A stretch of DNA of 64,000 nucleotides, taken from positions 75,618 to 139,617 of the forward strand of contig JBBDYJ010000001.1 of the NCBI GenBank assembly GCA_040901675.1, in the 5' to 3' direction. Shown one piece after another: positions 48,482-58,100 of the stretch (the stretch's first letter is position 1; every line of letters begins with the position of its first letter). This DNA is from Pirellulales bacterium (GTDB lineage: Bacteria > Planctomycetota > Planctomycetia > Pirellulales > JAICIG01). Made by a program: the position numbers and the translations under genes. The notes under the pieces were generated by a model. That model was not told where the DNA came from, made no database searches, and saw nothing but the letters and a program-made list of their open reading frames with translations.

Positions 48482-49470
48482 AGACATTCATGGCCGATCC
48501 CGCCGCCGCCGGCTGGGTCGTCGCCTGTTGCGCGGCTGTGCTTGCAGCCGGATTCGCCGTGACCCGAATGTCGCTGCCGCGGCTCGCGCGCTTTGCGGCC
48601 TGGACGCTGGCAGTGCTGTCCGTGGCCGGCGCCGAGCGCATCTGCGACGGCCAGCCGGCGGGATTCCGCATGCTGGCGATCATCGCCGCGGCCTTGCTGG
48701 GGATGAAGGCGGTCGTCGCGGTCGAGGCCCAGGCGGCCGGTCAACCGCGGCTTTCGTTGGCGGCCTGGCTCCGCTTCGCTGCTGGTTGGCCGGGTATGCG
48801 GCCCGCGCCGTTCGCCAGGCCGCCGGCCGGGCCACTGCCCGGCGCGGGCAAGTTGTTCCGGCTCGGTCTTCGCCGGCTGCTCGAGGGGTTGTTGCTGTTG
48901 GCGCTGGCCCGGCTGATCTGGGGATGGGGGACGACCAACGGCCTGCCGCCAACCGGCGCGCTGGTGCCGGCGACGATGCTGATGTTGACGGCTTTGAGCC
49001 TGATCCTGCACTTTGGCCTGTTCAACCTCATCGCCGGCGGTTGGCGATGGGTGGGCATTGATTGCCGGCCGCTGTTCCGGGCGCCGCTGGCATCGCGGAG
49101 CCTGCCGGAGTTCTGGTCCAAGCGGTGGAACCTGGCTTTTTCCCAGATGGCGGCCATCGCCGTCTATCGCCCGTTATCGAATCGCGTGGGCAGGCCGGCG
49201 GCCATGTTTGCCGTCTTTCTCTACTCCGGGCTGGTCCACGAGCTGGCGATCAGCGTGCCGGTGCGTGCTGGATATGGATTGCCGTTTGCGTACTTTGTGC
49301 TGCACGGAGTGCTGGCGCTGGCCGAGCAGCGGCTTGGACTGGGCCGCTTCCGGCAAGACTGGCTGCGGCGCGCCTGGACCGCGGCATGGCTGGCGTTGCC
49401 GTTGCCGCTGTTGTTCCACCCCTGGTTCCTGGACGGCATTATCTGGCCGATGTTGGGCTGTTGCTCTTGA
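48478..49470 (+). CDS. Membrane-bound O-acyltransferase (MBOAT_2/wax-synthase-like)
   Basis: PLFRAP..SRSL.EFW.KRWN, F.YSGLVHE (catalytic His). Confidence 0.88.
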   Translation: MKTFMADPAAAGWVVACCAAVLAAGFAVTRMSLPRLARFAAWTLAVLSVAGAERICDGQPAGFRMLAIIAAALLGMKAVVAVEAQAAGQPRLSLAAWLRFAAGWPGMRPAPFARPPAGPLPGAGKLFRLGLRRLLEGLLLLALARLIWGWGTTNGLPPTGALVPATMLMLTALSLILHFGLFNLIAGGWRWVGIDCRPLFRAPLASRSLPEFWSKRWNLAFSQMAAIAVYRPLSNRVGRPAAMFAVFLYSGLVHELAISVPVRAGYGLPFAYFVLHGVLALAEQRLGLGRFRQDWLRRAWTAAWLALPLPLLFHPWFLDGIIWPMLGCCS

Positions 49471-49472
49471 GC

Positions 49473-49558
49473 ATAATCAAAGCGTCGCGGCTGATGAAGT
49501 CCATCTGCACGGCCAGGATGCCGAACAGCAGGTTTCGGTCGGCCGCGGTCGGTGTCAT
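49473..49558 (-). pseudogene. N-terminal remnant of a planctomycete Ser/Thr kinase gene
   Basis: MTPTAADRNLLFGILAVQMDFISRDALI; ATG overlaps the upstream TGA; resemblance breaks off at the MBOAT 3' end. Confidence 0.6.
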
Positions 49559-50571
49559 GGATTGGCGCCCTCGCTGAGGATCAGGGCCATGGTTGCCCAA
49601 CTGGTGGCGCTGATCGAAATGAACTGCGATTTCTCGTGTGGGAAACCACTTTCGAAGTAGACCTGGATCGGACGGATGCGGGTGGTCACCAGCCAGGAGC
49701 CGTCGGCCAGTTGGCTCTCGAGCAGCCACGCCACTGCGTTGCGATAGGCGGCGTGATCGGCGCCGATACCGCCCGCCTGGGCCAGTGCCGTCAATGCCTG
49801 GCCGGTGGCGTAGGCGTCGCTGGCCATCTCGCTGAGTTGCCCCCACCCGCCGTCGTCGCGCTGGGCGGCCAGCAACTGGGCCGCGGCCGATTGGATCTCT
49901 TCCTCCGCGGCGGCTGCCCACTTCAAACCCAACAGGCGGAAGGTCATGTCCTCGTTGGTCACCGCCGTCTGACCCAGCAGCCAGGTCCGGGCCTTCGCGA
50001 TCCGCTCGGCCGCGCCGTCGCGCCCGTCGGCCGGCGCATACAGGTCCAACCCGCGCAGCGACAGTGCGGTGGCCGCGAAGTCGCTGTCTTCCAGCGGCGG
50101 GCGGTGCGTACCGATCTTCCACGATCCGTCGTCCTGTTGCCGCTTCGTCAGGTAAGCGACCAGCGCGGCGGTAGTCTCGTCGGCCGGCCAGTTGTCCGCG
50201 GCCAGCCCGACCAGCGCATAGCCGGCCGAGAACGGGCCGCCGGGGACTCCTTCGCCTTTGACGAGGCTCTCTTTGCGATCGGCAAAATGGCGGATGGTGA
50301 ACTCCGACTGGGCGCGGGCGGCGGCACTGTCGGTTTCCAGACCGTGCGCGCCGGCCAGGGCAAGCGCCATGACGGGCAGCGTCTGGTGATGGCAGGAGAA
50401 GCAGTCGCGCTGGCGGGTGTATTCCTCGGCGCTGGCCGCCAGCAGGGCCAGGCTGCGGGCGACGTCGGGCCCTGCCGCCGCTTCCGCCGGCACGGGCTCA
50501 TCCCCGCGGGCCGCCATGGTGCTTGGATGAAAAAGAACGACGGCCAGTAAGGCGAGGCAACGGACGATCAT
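49555..50571 (-). CDS. Secreted prenyltransferase/squalene-hopene-cyclase-repeat protein
   Basis: Signal peptide, CFSCHH, QQDDGSW, QRDDGGW, SDAYATG, QLADGSW. Confidence 0.85.
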   Translation of the reverse strand: MIVRCLALLAVVLFHPSTMAARGDEPVPAEAAAGPDVARSLALLAASAEEYTRQRDCFSCHHQTLPVMALALAGAHGLETDSAAARAQSEFTIRHFADRKESLVKGEGVPGGPFSAGYALVGLAADNWPADETTAALVAYLTKRQQDDGSWKIGTHRPPLEDSDFAATALSLRGLDLYAPADGRDGAAERIAKARTWLLGQTAVTNEDMTFRLLGLKWAAAAEEEIQSAAAQLLAAQRDDGGWGQLSEMASDAYATGQALTALAQAGGIGADHAAYRNAVAWLLESQLADGSWLVTTRIRPIQVYFESGFPHEKSQFISISATSWATMALILSEGANP

Positions 50572-50586
50572 CGCGGATACTCCCTT

Positions 50587-51627
50587 TCACCCCGGGGCGA
50601 ACGATTCCAGTATCTCCGGGCCCACGTCGTGAGCAATACAGGCCACGCAATCGCCTTGGGCCACCAGCGCCGGCGAGCGGGCGGCCAGCAGGACGCCGGC
50701 CGAAGGGGCCGCCACCTGCACCGGCTCGCGGTCGGGCCGCTCCAGGAAATGAATCTGCCCTACCGGCTCGCCGGAAGCAACAGCGCAGCCCAGCGCGACG
50801 AGGTTTTCGTAGATGCCCGACTCCGGGGCAAACCGGTAGTCGTCTCGCGAGAGGGCCTGCACCCAGCGCGTCGGCGGCAGATCCGTCTCGGCCCGTGTCC
50901 GCACTTTGCCCTCCAGCACGCCCATGTGCACCAGCACGTTGGCCAGACCACGCTGCGTCAACTGGTGGACCGGCGCGGGGACCGACTCGCCGCCGCCCAT
51001 CTCGGTGGTCACCACGATCTTGCCTTGCCGCTCGGCCTCGACCGGCAACAAGCCGGAGCCGGCGATGTCGGTATAGAGGAAAGCGAAATCGCTGTTCCAG
51101 GCTTCCGTGGCGGCGGCCATCTTTCGGCGCTGCTCGAGGTCGTCGACCAGGTGCATGTGGGCACAAGGATAAAAATCGACGCTGCGGCCGCCGGTGTGGA
51201 TGTCGATCACGACGTCGGCCATCGGAAACAGCACGCTGGAGAGATAATGGGCAATCACCTCGGTGGGCGTGCCGTCGGGCCGGCCGGGAAACGAGCGGTT
51301 CAGGTTCTTGCCGTCGAGCGGGCTGAGCCTGGTCGCCGCCTTGGCCGCCGGCAGGTTGAGCGCCGGTATGAGTATCAGGCGGCCGCGAACGCTCTCGGCT
51401 TGCACGCTGCGCATCAGCTTCAGGACGGCGACCTGGCCGGGATACTCGTCGCCGTGGTTGCCGGCCATGACTAGCGCCGTAGGGCCCTTGCCGCCCGCGA
51501 TCACCGACACGGGGACCAGCAGGCTGGCCCAGCCACCCAGGTTGTATGAGTAGGGGACGCAGAGATGGCCGTGTTGCTTGCCGGGCCGTTTGAAATCGAC
51601 CGTGGCATGGATCGGACTATCTGTCAC
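50587..51627 (-). CDS. Succinylglutamate desuccinylase/aspartoacylase family metallohydrolase (DoeB-like)
   Basis: GNHGDEY, NLNRSFPG, DIHTGG, TTEMGGG; GTG start 51627 inferred. Confidence 0.88.
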   Translation of the reverse strand: MTDSPIHATVDFKRPGKQHGHLCVPYSYNLGGWASLLVPVSVIAGGKGPTALVMAGNHGDEYPGQVAVLKLMRSVQAESVRGRLILIPALNLPAAKAATRLSPLDGKNLNRSFPGRPDGTPTEVIAHYLSSVLFPMADVVIDIHTGGRSVDFYPCAHMHLVDDLEQRRKMAAATEAWNSDFAFLYTDIAGSGLLPVEAERQGKIVVTTEMGGGESVPAPVHQLTQRGLANVLVHMGVLEGKVRTRAETDLPPTRWVQALSRDDYRFAPESGIYENLVALGCAVASGEPVGQIHFLERPDREPVQVAAPSAGVLLAARSPALVAQGDCVACIAHDVGPEILESFAPG

Positions 51628-51697
51628 GGAAGCCTCGTGCCGCAATGGCTGGTAGAGTGCACCCGTCAGATTAGCCTTCCCACCGTGCGGACGCAAA

Positions 51698-51763
51698 GGT
51701 TTGTAGTGATCCGCATTCATGCGGTCCTGGTCTTCACGCGCATGAATGCGGGTCCTACGAACC
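51698..51763. repeat. GTAG-type REP doublet (inverted pair)
   Basis: GGTTTGTAG..CCGCATTCATGCGG ... CGCATGAATGCGG..CTACGAACC. Confidence 0.7.
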
Positions 51764-51767
51764 GCGC

Positions 51768-51812
51768 AAACAAAGGCCCTCGCGAGGTCTGGTTTTAGAT
51801 CCTCGCGAGGGC
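51768..51812 (-). terminator. Probable intrinsic terminator downstream of the blaR1-like gene
   Basis: 12-bp stem GCCCTCGCGAGG/CCTCGCGAGGGC followed on the minus strand by CTTTGTTT. Confidence 0.65.
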
Positions 51813-51839
51813 AGGGCTCGGTCGGTTTCACTCGGCCGG

Positions 51840-53570
51840 TTAACGTTTGACGGGAGCGGACTCGGCGAGCTCGCGATCGATCTCCTCCAGCCGCGCGCGG
51901 AGCTGCTCTCTTTCGCGTCGGAGCTGTTGGGCCCGCGCTTCCCGTCGGGGGCTCGGCTTGCGGGCCTCGGGGTCTGGGGAAAAAAAGTCAAAATCACTGT
52001 ATCTCGGCTTCGGATGGAGATCGGCAGGCCGGTAGGGGGGTGAGGGTTGCGTGTCTCTCGTTCTGCGCATTTCTTTGACCAACTGCTGCACCATCTGTTC
52101 CAGGCGGTCTAGCCGCTGGTGGATGTCCTGGTGGATGTCGTCGGCTCTGGCGGCTGGCAGCCTGCTCGGGTCGTAGGTGACCTTCGCGGTCCGGCTGCGG
52201 CGAACCCCTTGAACGACTACCGGCACTTCAACCGTGGCCTCACCTTCGGCCTCCGGAATGGATCCCGGCTCGTCTGCCGCCGCTGGATCAACTGCTGGGA
52301 TCGCGTCGTCCGCGGTGTCCGCGGGAGCCAAAGCGCTCTCGTCCGCTGCGGCCGCCTCCAAATCGGCAGCTTGCGCGGCCGCCGGATCCAAATCGGCCGG
52401 AGGCTGGGCAACAACTCGCAACGGCCAAGGCGAGATGCCAAGCGCCAGCAGGCCGACGCCGAGCATCGCCAGCCGCATGGGACGCGACAGCGCGGGGGAC
52501 CATCGATCGTGCAGAATCATCGCGAATCTCCTTTTGAGTAGGTAAACCTGGCCCAGACCGCTGGCCGCGGGCGGCATGACGGGACGGACCTCTGACAAAA
52601 ACTCCACGGTTTCCAACAATGCCTTGGCGTAAGTCCGGGCCAGGCCGGGCAGCGCCCAGAGCACCCAGGCGTCGCAGCACTGCTCTTCGGCCTGCTGGAA
52701 ACGCCGCCGCGCCCACCAGGCGACCGGGTGCCACCAGTACAGCCCCAGCACAACGAGCTCCAGCCAGCGCACCCAGTGGTCGCGCCGCCGCAAATGGGCC
52801 AGTTCATGAGCCAAGAGCGTGGCCTGCTGCTGGCGATCGAGGCGGTCGAGCAACGCATGGGGCAGCAGGACGACAGGCTGCCTGCCGAGTGCCCACAGCA
52901 ACGGCGGCACGCGGCCGCCGATCAGCCTCAACTCGGGCGGGCGCGAAAGCCCGAGCCGGCGGGACAAGGCCGAGGCCTCCGCCTGCAATCGCTCGCAGGC
53001 AGGCTGCGAGTACCGCAGCAGGCGGCCGAAGCGAGCGATCCGTATGGCAACCAGGAGCCACCATCCGCAGGATCCGGCCAACCATGCCCCACCGATCAGC
53101 AACGCCCACGGCAGCGTACGCCAACGGCTGACGGTTGAGCCTTCGTCGAACAAGAGCTCGGCACCATGATCCTCCGGCAGCGTCACCCGGTAATCGCCAT
53201 AGATCTGTTCAAACGGAGCGCTGCTGACTGAATCGCGCGTAACCGGGAATGAAGCAGAGCCGTTCGCAACGCCAACCTCTTTAGCTGCCGGCGCGGCAGG
53301 CGCGATTCCGCGAAGCTGCTCTCCTCCAACTTCATGCCTCCCGCCTGCGGTCTGCGTCGACGGGCGCTGTGCCGGCTGACGGGCAACAAGGCCGGTCAAT
53401 TCCACCGGCAGGCGAACCAGCGGCGGCGTAATCAGCTTGACGAGCACCAACAACCACAGGCAATAGACCACCGGAGGGCGGCGGCAAACCAGGCTTGCCA
53501 CCGCCGCCAGCAGGGCCAGCGCCGTGGCCACGGCCGCGTTCACCAGGCCGATTTCCAAGAGCCCTGGCAT
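51840..53570 (-). CDS. M56 family (BlaR1/MecR1-like) metallopeptidase signal transducer
   Basis: LWLLVLVKL.TPP, LLAHELAHLRRRD (HExxH), YWWHP..W, EEQCCD; no penicillin-binding domain. Confidence 0.93.
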   Translation of the reverse strand: MPGLLEIGLVNAAVATALALLAAVASLVCRRPPVVYCLWLLVLVKLITPPLVRLPVELTGLVARQPAQRPSTQTAGGRHEVGGEQLRGIAPAAPAAKEVGVANGSASFPVTRDSVSSAPFEQIYGDYRVTLPEDHGAELLFDEGSTVSRWRTLPWALLIGGAWLAGSCGWWLLVAIRIARFGRLLRYSQPACERLQAEASALSRRLGLSRPPELRLIGGRVPPLLWALGRQPVVLLPHALLDRLDRQQQATLLAHELAHLRRRDHWVRWLELVVLGLYWWHPVAWWARRRFQQAEEQCCDAWVLWALPGLARTYAKALLETVEFLSEVRPVMPPAASGLGQVYLLKRRFAMILHDRWSPALSRPMRLAMLGVGLLALGISPWPLRVVAQPPADLDPAAAQAADLEAAAADESALAPADTADDAIPAVDPAAADEPGSIPEAEGEATVEVPVVVQGVRRSRTAKVTYDPSRLPAARADDIHQDIHQRLDRLEQMVQQLVKEMRRTRDTQPSPPYRPADLHPKPRYSDFDFFSPDPEARKPSPRREARAQQLRREREQLRARLEEIDRELAESAPVKR

Positions 53571-53574
53571 ACAG

Positions 53575-53967
53575 TCACTCCTGCTTTCCGCGGGGCGGTT
53601 CTTCCAACAGCTTGCGGAGCATCTCGCGCTCGCGAACGGTCAAGCGGCCTGATCGAACCAGGTGCATCAACAGCGGGGTCAGCGATCCGTCGCACAGTTT
53701 CTCGGCCACGTCCTGCAGCCGCTGCCCCACCAGATCGCCGCGCTCGATCGTGGGCCGGAACACGTGCGCAAACCCGGTTCGATCGCGGCTCACGCAGTGC
53801 TTGCCTTCCAGCCGCTCGAGCAGTTTCTGCACGGTCGCGTAGTGCGAGGTCGTGCCACGGGGATATAAGCGATCGGTCAGCTCGCGAATCGTGGCCGCCC
53901 CATGCTCCCAAAGCATTTCCAGCACGGCCAGCTCGGCGTCGGCAACGTGTTTCGGATCGGGGCTCAC
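53575..53967 (-). CDS. BlaI/MecI/CopY family transcriptional repressor
   Basis: AEL.VLE.LW..G.ATIRE, YATVQKLLERLE.K; GGTGAGG SD before GTG 53967. Confidence 0.93.
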   Translation of the reverse strand: MSPDPKHVADAELAVLEMLWEHGAATIRELTDRLYPRGTTSHYATVQKLLERLEGKHCVSRDRTGFAHVFRPTIERGDLVGQRLQDVAEKLCDGSLTPLLMHLVRSGRLTVREREMLRKLLEEPPRGKQE

Positions 53968-54005
53968 TTGCCTCACCGCCTTTGGAACGCCCCCCAGGTA
54001 GGCAC

Positions 54006-54055
54006 CAGACACACTGTCTGACCCAGATTCTAAGACGAGTTGTCTGAGATGTCAA
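54006..54055 (-). promoter_or_regulatory. Sigma70 promoter TTGACA-N17-TAGAAT with two AGAC-N5-GTCT palindromic operators
   Basis: -35 at 54055-54050, -10 at 54032-54027; palindromes at 54030-54048 and 54006-54020. Confidence 0.8.
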
Positions 54056-54073
54056 TACCTCGGCTCAAAAGAT

Positions 54074-54096
54074 ACTAACCCGACGCGCCAGCGAGG
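54074..54096 (+). repeat. Isolated REP-like unit ACTAACCCGACGCGCCAGCGAGG
   Basis: Resembles a planctomycete intergenic repeat recalled from memory; single copy here. Confidence 0.4.
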
Positions 54097-54213
54097 AAAA
54101 AAGGGCTTTCCAACTTCTTTGGGCCCGTGAATTACCGGCCCCCCCGAGCTAAACTAGGAAAAAACTGCACCCACAATCACCACGACTAAAAGCCGAAATT
54201 GGAGGTTCCAACC

Positions 54214-55107
54214 ATGACGAAGCTCAATGCCCGCGCATCGATTGTTGCCGTGGCGGCCCTGCTGGTTGCCCAGGCCGGCGCCCGCCAGGCAGCGGCCGTA
54301 GCGTTTCCCGACAAGAACCTGGAAACGGCCGTGCGGGCCTTGCTGTTCGATAAGAAGGACCCATCGGTCGAGCTGACCGAGGAAGACCTGCGAAAGATCT
54401 TCATCCTGGAGGCGAAGGGGAAGGGGATCAAGGACCTGACCGGGCTCGACAAGTGCCCCAACTTGCAGCTTTTGGACCTGGCGAACAACGAAGTGACCGA
54501 CGTCGCCCCCTTGAAGGAGTGCAAGAACCTGCAGTCGCTCGACCTCTCGAAGAACACGATCGCCGACGTCGGACCGCTGGCCGGCCTGGAGGCGCTTCAG
54601 TACCTGGAGCTGTCGAACAACCAGATCACCGCGCTGCCCTCGCTGGAGGCGCTGGTCAAGCTGTCGGCCCTTTACCTGTCGGGCAACCAGATCGCCGACC
54701 TGGCGCCGCTCGAAAAACTGCCCAAGCTCACCAGCCTGCACCTGGCGGCCAACAAGATTACCGACATCGCCCCGATCGCCCCCTTGACGAAGCTGTCGCT
54801 CTTGAAGCTCAGCGGGAACAGCATCGAGGACATTTCTGCCTTGGGCAAGCTGAACCACCTGAGCCTGCTGTTGTTGGAAAAGAACAAGATCGGCGATCTG
54901 GCGCCGCTGGTCGAGTCGTGCAAGGCCGACGCCGAGGGAGAAAAGCGGTTTGCGCCTTATCTGCGGCTGTACCTGGCGGGCAACCCCTTGAGCGACGCGG
55001 CCAAGAACGAACAGGTTCCCGCCCTGCAAGGGTTCGGAGTCAAGGTTCACCTGGAGGAGGAGCCGCCGGTCGACCCGCCAGCCGACCAGGCGGCCAGCGG
55101 CCAGTAA
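54214..55107 (+). CDS. Secreted leucine-rich repeat (internalin-like) protein
   Basis: GGAGG SD; signal peptide; F.D.NLE.AVR cap; 22-aa LxxLxLxxNxIxDL repeats. Confidence 0.92.
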   Translation: MTKLNARASIVAVAALLVAQAGARQAAAVAFPDKNLETAVRALLFDKKDPSVELTEEDLRKIFILEAKGKGIKDLTGLDKCPNLQLLDLANNEVTDVAPLKECKNLQSLDLSKNTIADVGPLAGLEALQYLELSNNQITALPSLEALVKLSALYLSGNQIADLAPLEKLPKLTSLHLAANKITDIAPIAPLTKLSLLKLSGNSIEDISALGKLNHLSLLLLEKNKIGDLAPLVESCKADAEGEKRFAPYLRLYLAGNPLSDAAKNEQVPALQGFGVKVHLEEEPPVDPPADQAASGQ

Positions 55108-58100
55108 TCGAGCAGCGTTTCGTCGTCGAAGGCGGCACGCGTCGCGAGCAGCTTGCTCAAGCCGTCGAACGTTTGTGTTTGCGGCTGGACCATCGTGTCG
55201 AGCCGCGGGGCGACGGCCGGCGCTCGGCCGCCGGGCCGGTCGTGGGGACTTTCCCACTGGCTGTTGTCCCGTCGCTCGGCCTGGGATGTCTTGTCTTCTC
55301 CGCTCGCCGGCTGGCTGAAGAGCATGGCGGCCTGCGCTGTCCCGGCTGAGACCGACTGCTCGACGGCCACGTCGTCGAAATGGCTGACCGCGTTGCGGGT
55401 GGCGAGCCCCAGCGTGCCGTCGATCAGCGTGTCGCCGTACGTAAAGCTCAGCTTCGTCGCGCCGTCAACAATCAACGTCGCGCGCGTGCCGCTCTCGATC
55501 CGGAGGGTCAACCGGTAATCGCGGGTCGGATCGATCGCTTCGTTCAGCTTGGTGTCTTCCAGCCAGCCGCTGGCCGTGCGCCGCCCGATGAGCCAGCGGT
55601 TCGCGCCCTCGTAGGCACCGGCGAACTTGAAGTCGGTGGGGCCCTGGTAATCGAAGACCAAAAGTGCATTGCTCAGCAAGCTGCCGGTCGGCGCGTTGGC
55701 ATTGATCGTGGCCCGCATCTCGAGGTCGGCCGGCAGCGGGTCGGCAATCCGCAGCGTGCTGACGGCGTCGCCTCCGGAAATCGGCGAGGCATGATAGCGG
55801 CCGCTGGAAGCTTGCCAGGTGCCGGACCGGACCAGAAAGAAGTCGGCCAGGTCGTCGTTAAAGTCTTCCTGGATCGGCAGCGTGCCGGACGGCGGGGGCG
55901 GGGGCGGGACATGTTCCTGGACGGACACGTTGTCGAACTTCGCCAGGGCATTGCGGGTGGCCAGCCCGACGGCGCCGTCACTCAGGCTGTCGGTGAATGT
56001 ATGTCCGAGCTTTGCCGCCCCGTCCACGAACAAGGTCGCCCGTCCGGTTTCGTCCAGCAGCACCTTCAGGTCGTAGTCGCGGTCGGCCTGGATCGTCTCG
56101 GATAGCTTGGCGTCTTCCAGCCAACCCGACACCGTCCGGCGGCCGATCAGCCAGCGCCCGGCCCCCGCGTAGGCCCCGGCGAACTTGAAGTCGGTGGGAC
56201 CTTGATAGTCGAACACCACCAGCGCATTGCTCAGCAAGCTGCCGGTGGCCGCCTGCACGTTGATCCGCGCCTCGACTTCCAACGGCAAGGGCAGCGAGCC
56301 TGCGATCGACACCGTGCTGATCGCATCGCCGCCGCCGACGGGCGACGCATCGTACCGGCCGCTGGCGGCCTGCCAAGTGCCCTGCCGTACCAGGAAATAG
56401 TCGGCCAAACCGTCGTCGAAATCTTCTTCGATGGGCAATGTCCCTTCCGGCGGCGGTGGCGGTGGCACGCGCTCGGCGGCCTGCACGTTGTCGAAACGGC
56501 TGATCGCGTTGCGAGTTCCCAGTCCCAATCCGCCGTCGACCACCGACTCGTTGAAGGCGAAGCTGACCTTGGAGGTGCCGTCGACCGAGAGGCTCGCCAG
56601 GCTCCCCTCGTCGATGGCCAGGTGCACCTGGTAGTCGCGCCCCGAGTCGATCGTTTGTCCGAGACCGGCATCTTCGAACCAGCCGCTGGCCGTCCGCCGG
56701 CCGATCAGCCAGCGATTGGCGCCGTCGTAGGCGCCGGCGAACTTGAAGTCGTCCGGCCCCTGGTAGTCGAAGATCAACAGGGCATTACTCAAATAGCTGC
56801 CGGCTGCGGCGCTGGAATTGATCGTGGCCGACAGTTCGACGCTGGAGGGCAGGCCGCCTTCGACCAATAGCAGGCTGACCGCGTTGCCCGAGTCGATGGG
56901 AGAGGCGTGGTAGCGCCCATCGAACAACTGCCAAGTGCCGGTCTCCGGCTGGAGGTGGTCGGCCACGTCGTCGTCGAAGTCTTCGTCGATCGGCAGCGGG
57001 CTGGACGAGGGGGGCGGGGGTGGGGGCGGCGGATCGAAGACGTCGACCCAGATGTCGTCGAAGTGGCTGACCGCATTGCGCGTGGCCAGCCCCAGGCGGC
57101 CGTCGGAAAGGTCGCCGGCAAAGTCATGGCTGAGCTTCCGCACGCCGTCGACAAACAGCGTCACGCGCGCCGGCTCTTCGATGGTTACTCGCAGATTGTA
57201 GTCGCGTCCGGCGTCGATCACCTGCGACAGCGTGGCGTCTTCCAGCCAGCCGTCGCTGGTCCGCCGGCCGACCAGCCAGCGGTCCACGCCGGCATACGCG
57301 CCGGCGAACTTGAAATCCGTGGGGCTCTGATAGTCGAAGATCACAAAGGCGTTGCTCGAGTAGTTCCCCGTCGCCGCGTCGGCCTGGATCGTGGCCTGAA
57401 TCTCCAGGTTCGCCGGCAGGTCGCCCTCGATCCTGAGCGTCGTGATTGCGTCCTGGCCATTGAGCGGCGTGGTGTGATAGCGCCCGCCGTTCACCACCCA
57501 ACTGCCCGTCTGGCTGCCAAAGAAGTCCGCTATCCCATCTTCGAAATCCTCGACAATCGGCAGCGTGCCCGAGGGGGGCGGCGGCTCGGGGTTGCCCAAG
57601 GCCGAGGCCACGTTCAGCCGGCCGCCGGTGACCGATTTGCCCGCCAGCGCGGCCACGGGATCGACGGTGGCGAACAACTGGGCGATCACCTGCGAGTAAC
57701 TCCACTCGGGGTGCTGGCCGCGCAGCAGGGCGGCCGCGCCGCTGACGTGCGGCGTGGCCATCGACGTGCCGCTGAACGTACTGTACGTGTTGTTGCGCGT
57801 CGTGCTGAGGATGTCGACGCCCGGCGCCCCGAGATCCACGGTGGTGGCGCCATAGTTGGAAAAAGACCCCAGCGCATCATGGTGGTCGGTGGCCGCCACG
57901 ACCACGATGTTGTCCAGCTCATAATTGGCCGGATAGAAGGGCGTGCTGTCGTTGTTCAGCGGAATGCCGAAAAAGCCGTTTCCCGCGGCGGTCACGAACA
58001 AGTGCCCGGCCGCACCCGCCGCGGCGATCGCATCGTAAAGCGCCTGGGAAAACTCTTCGTTGGCGCCCCAGCTATTGTTCGATATCGTGGCCCCCATCGC

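Noticed and set aside
49555..50571. c-type cytochrome call from CFSCHH, or a true squalene-hopene cyclase
   Set aside because: The rest of the protein is QW-type repeats without DxDD and is too short for a full cyclase; heme binding cannot be supported from the motif alone.
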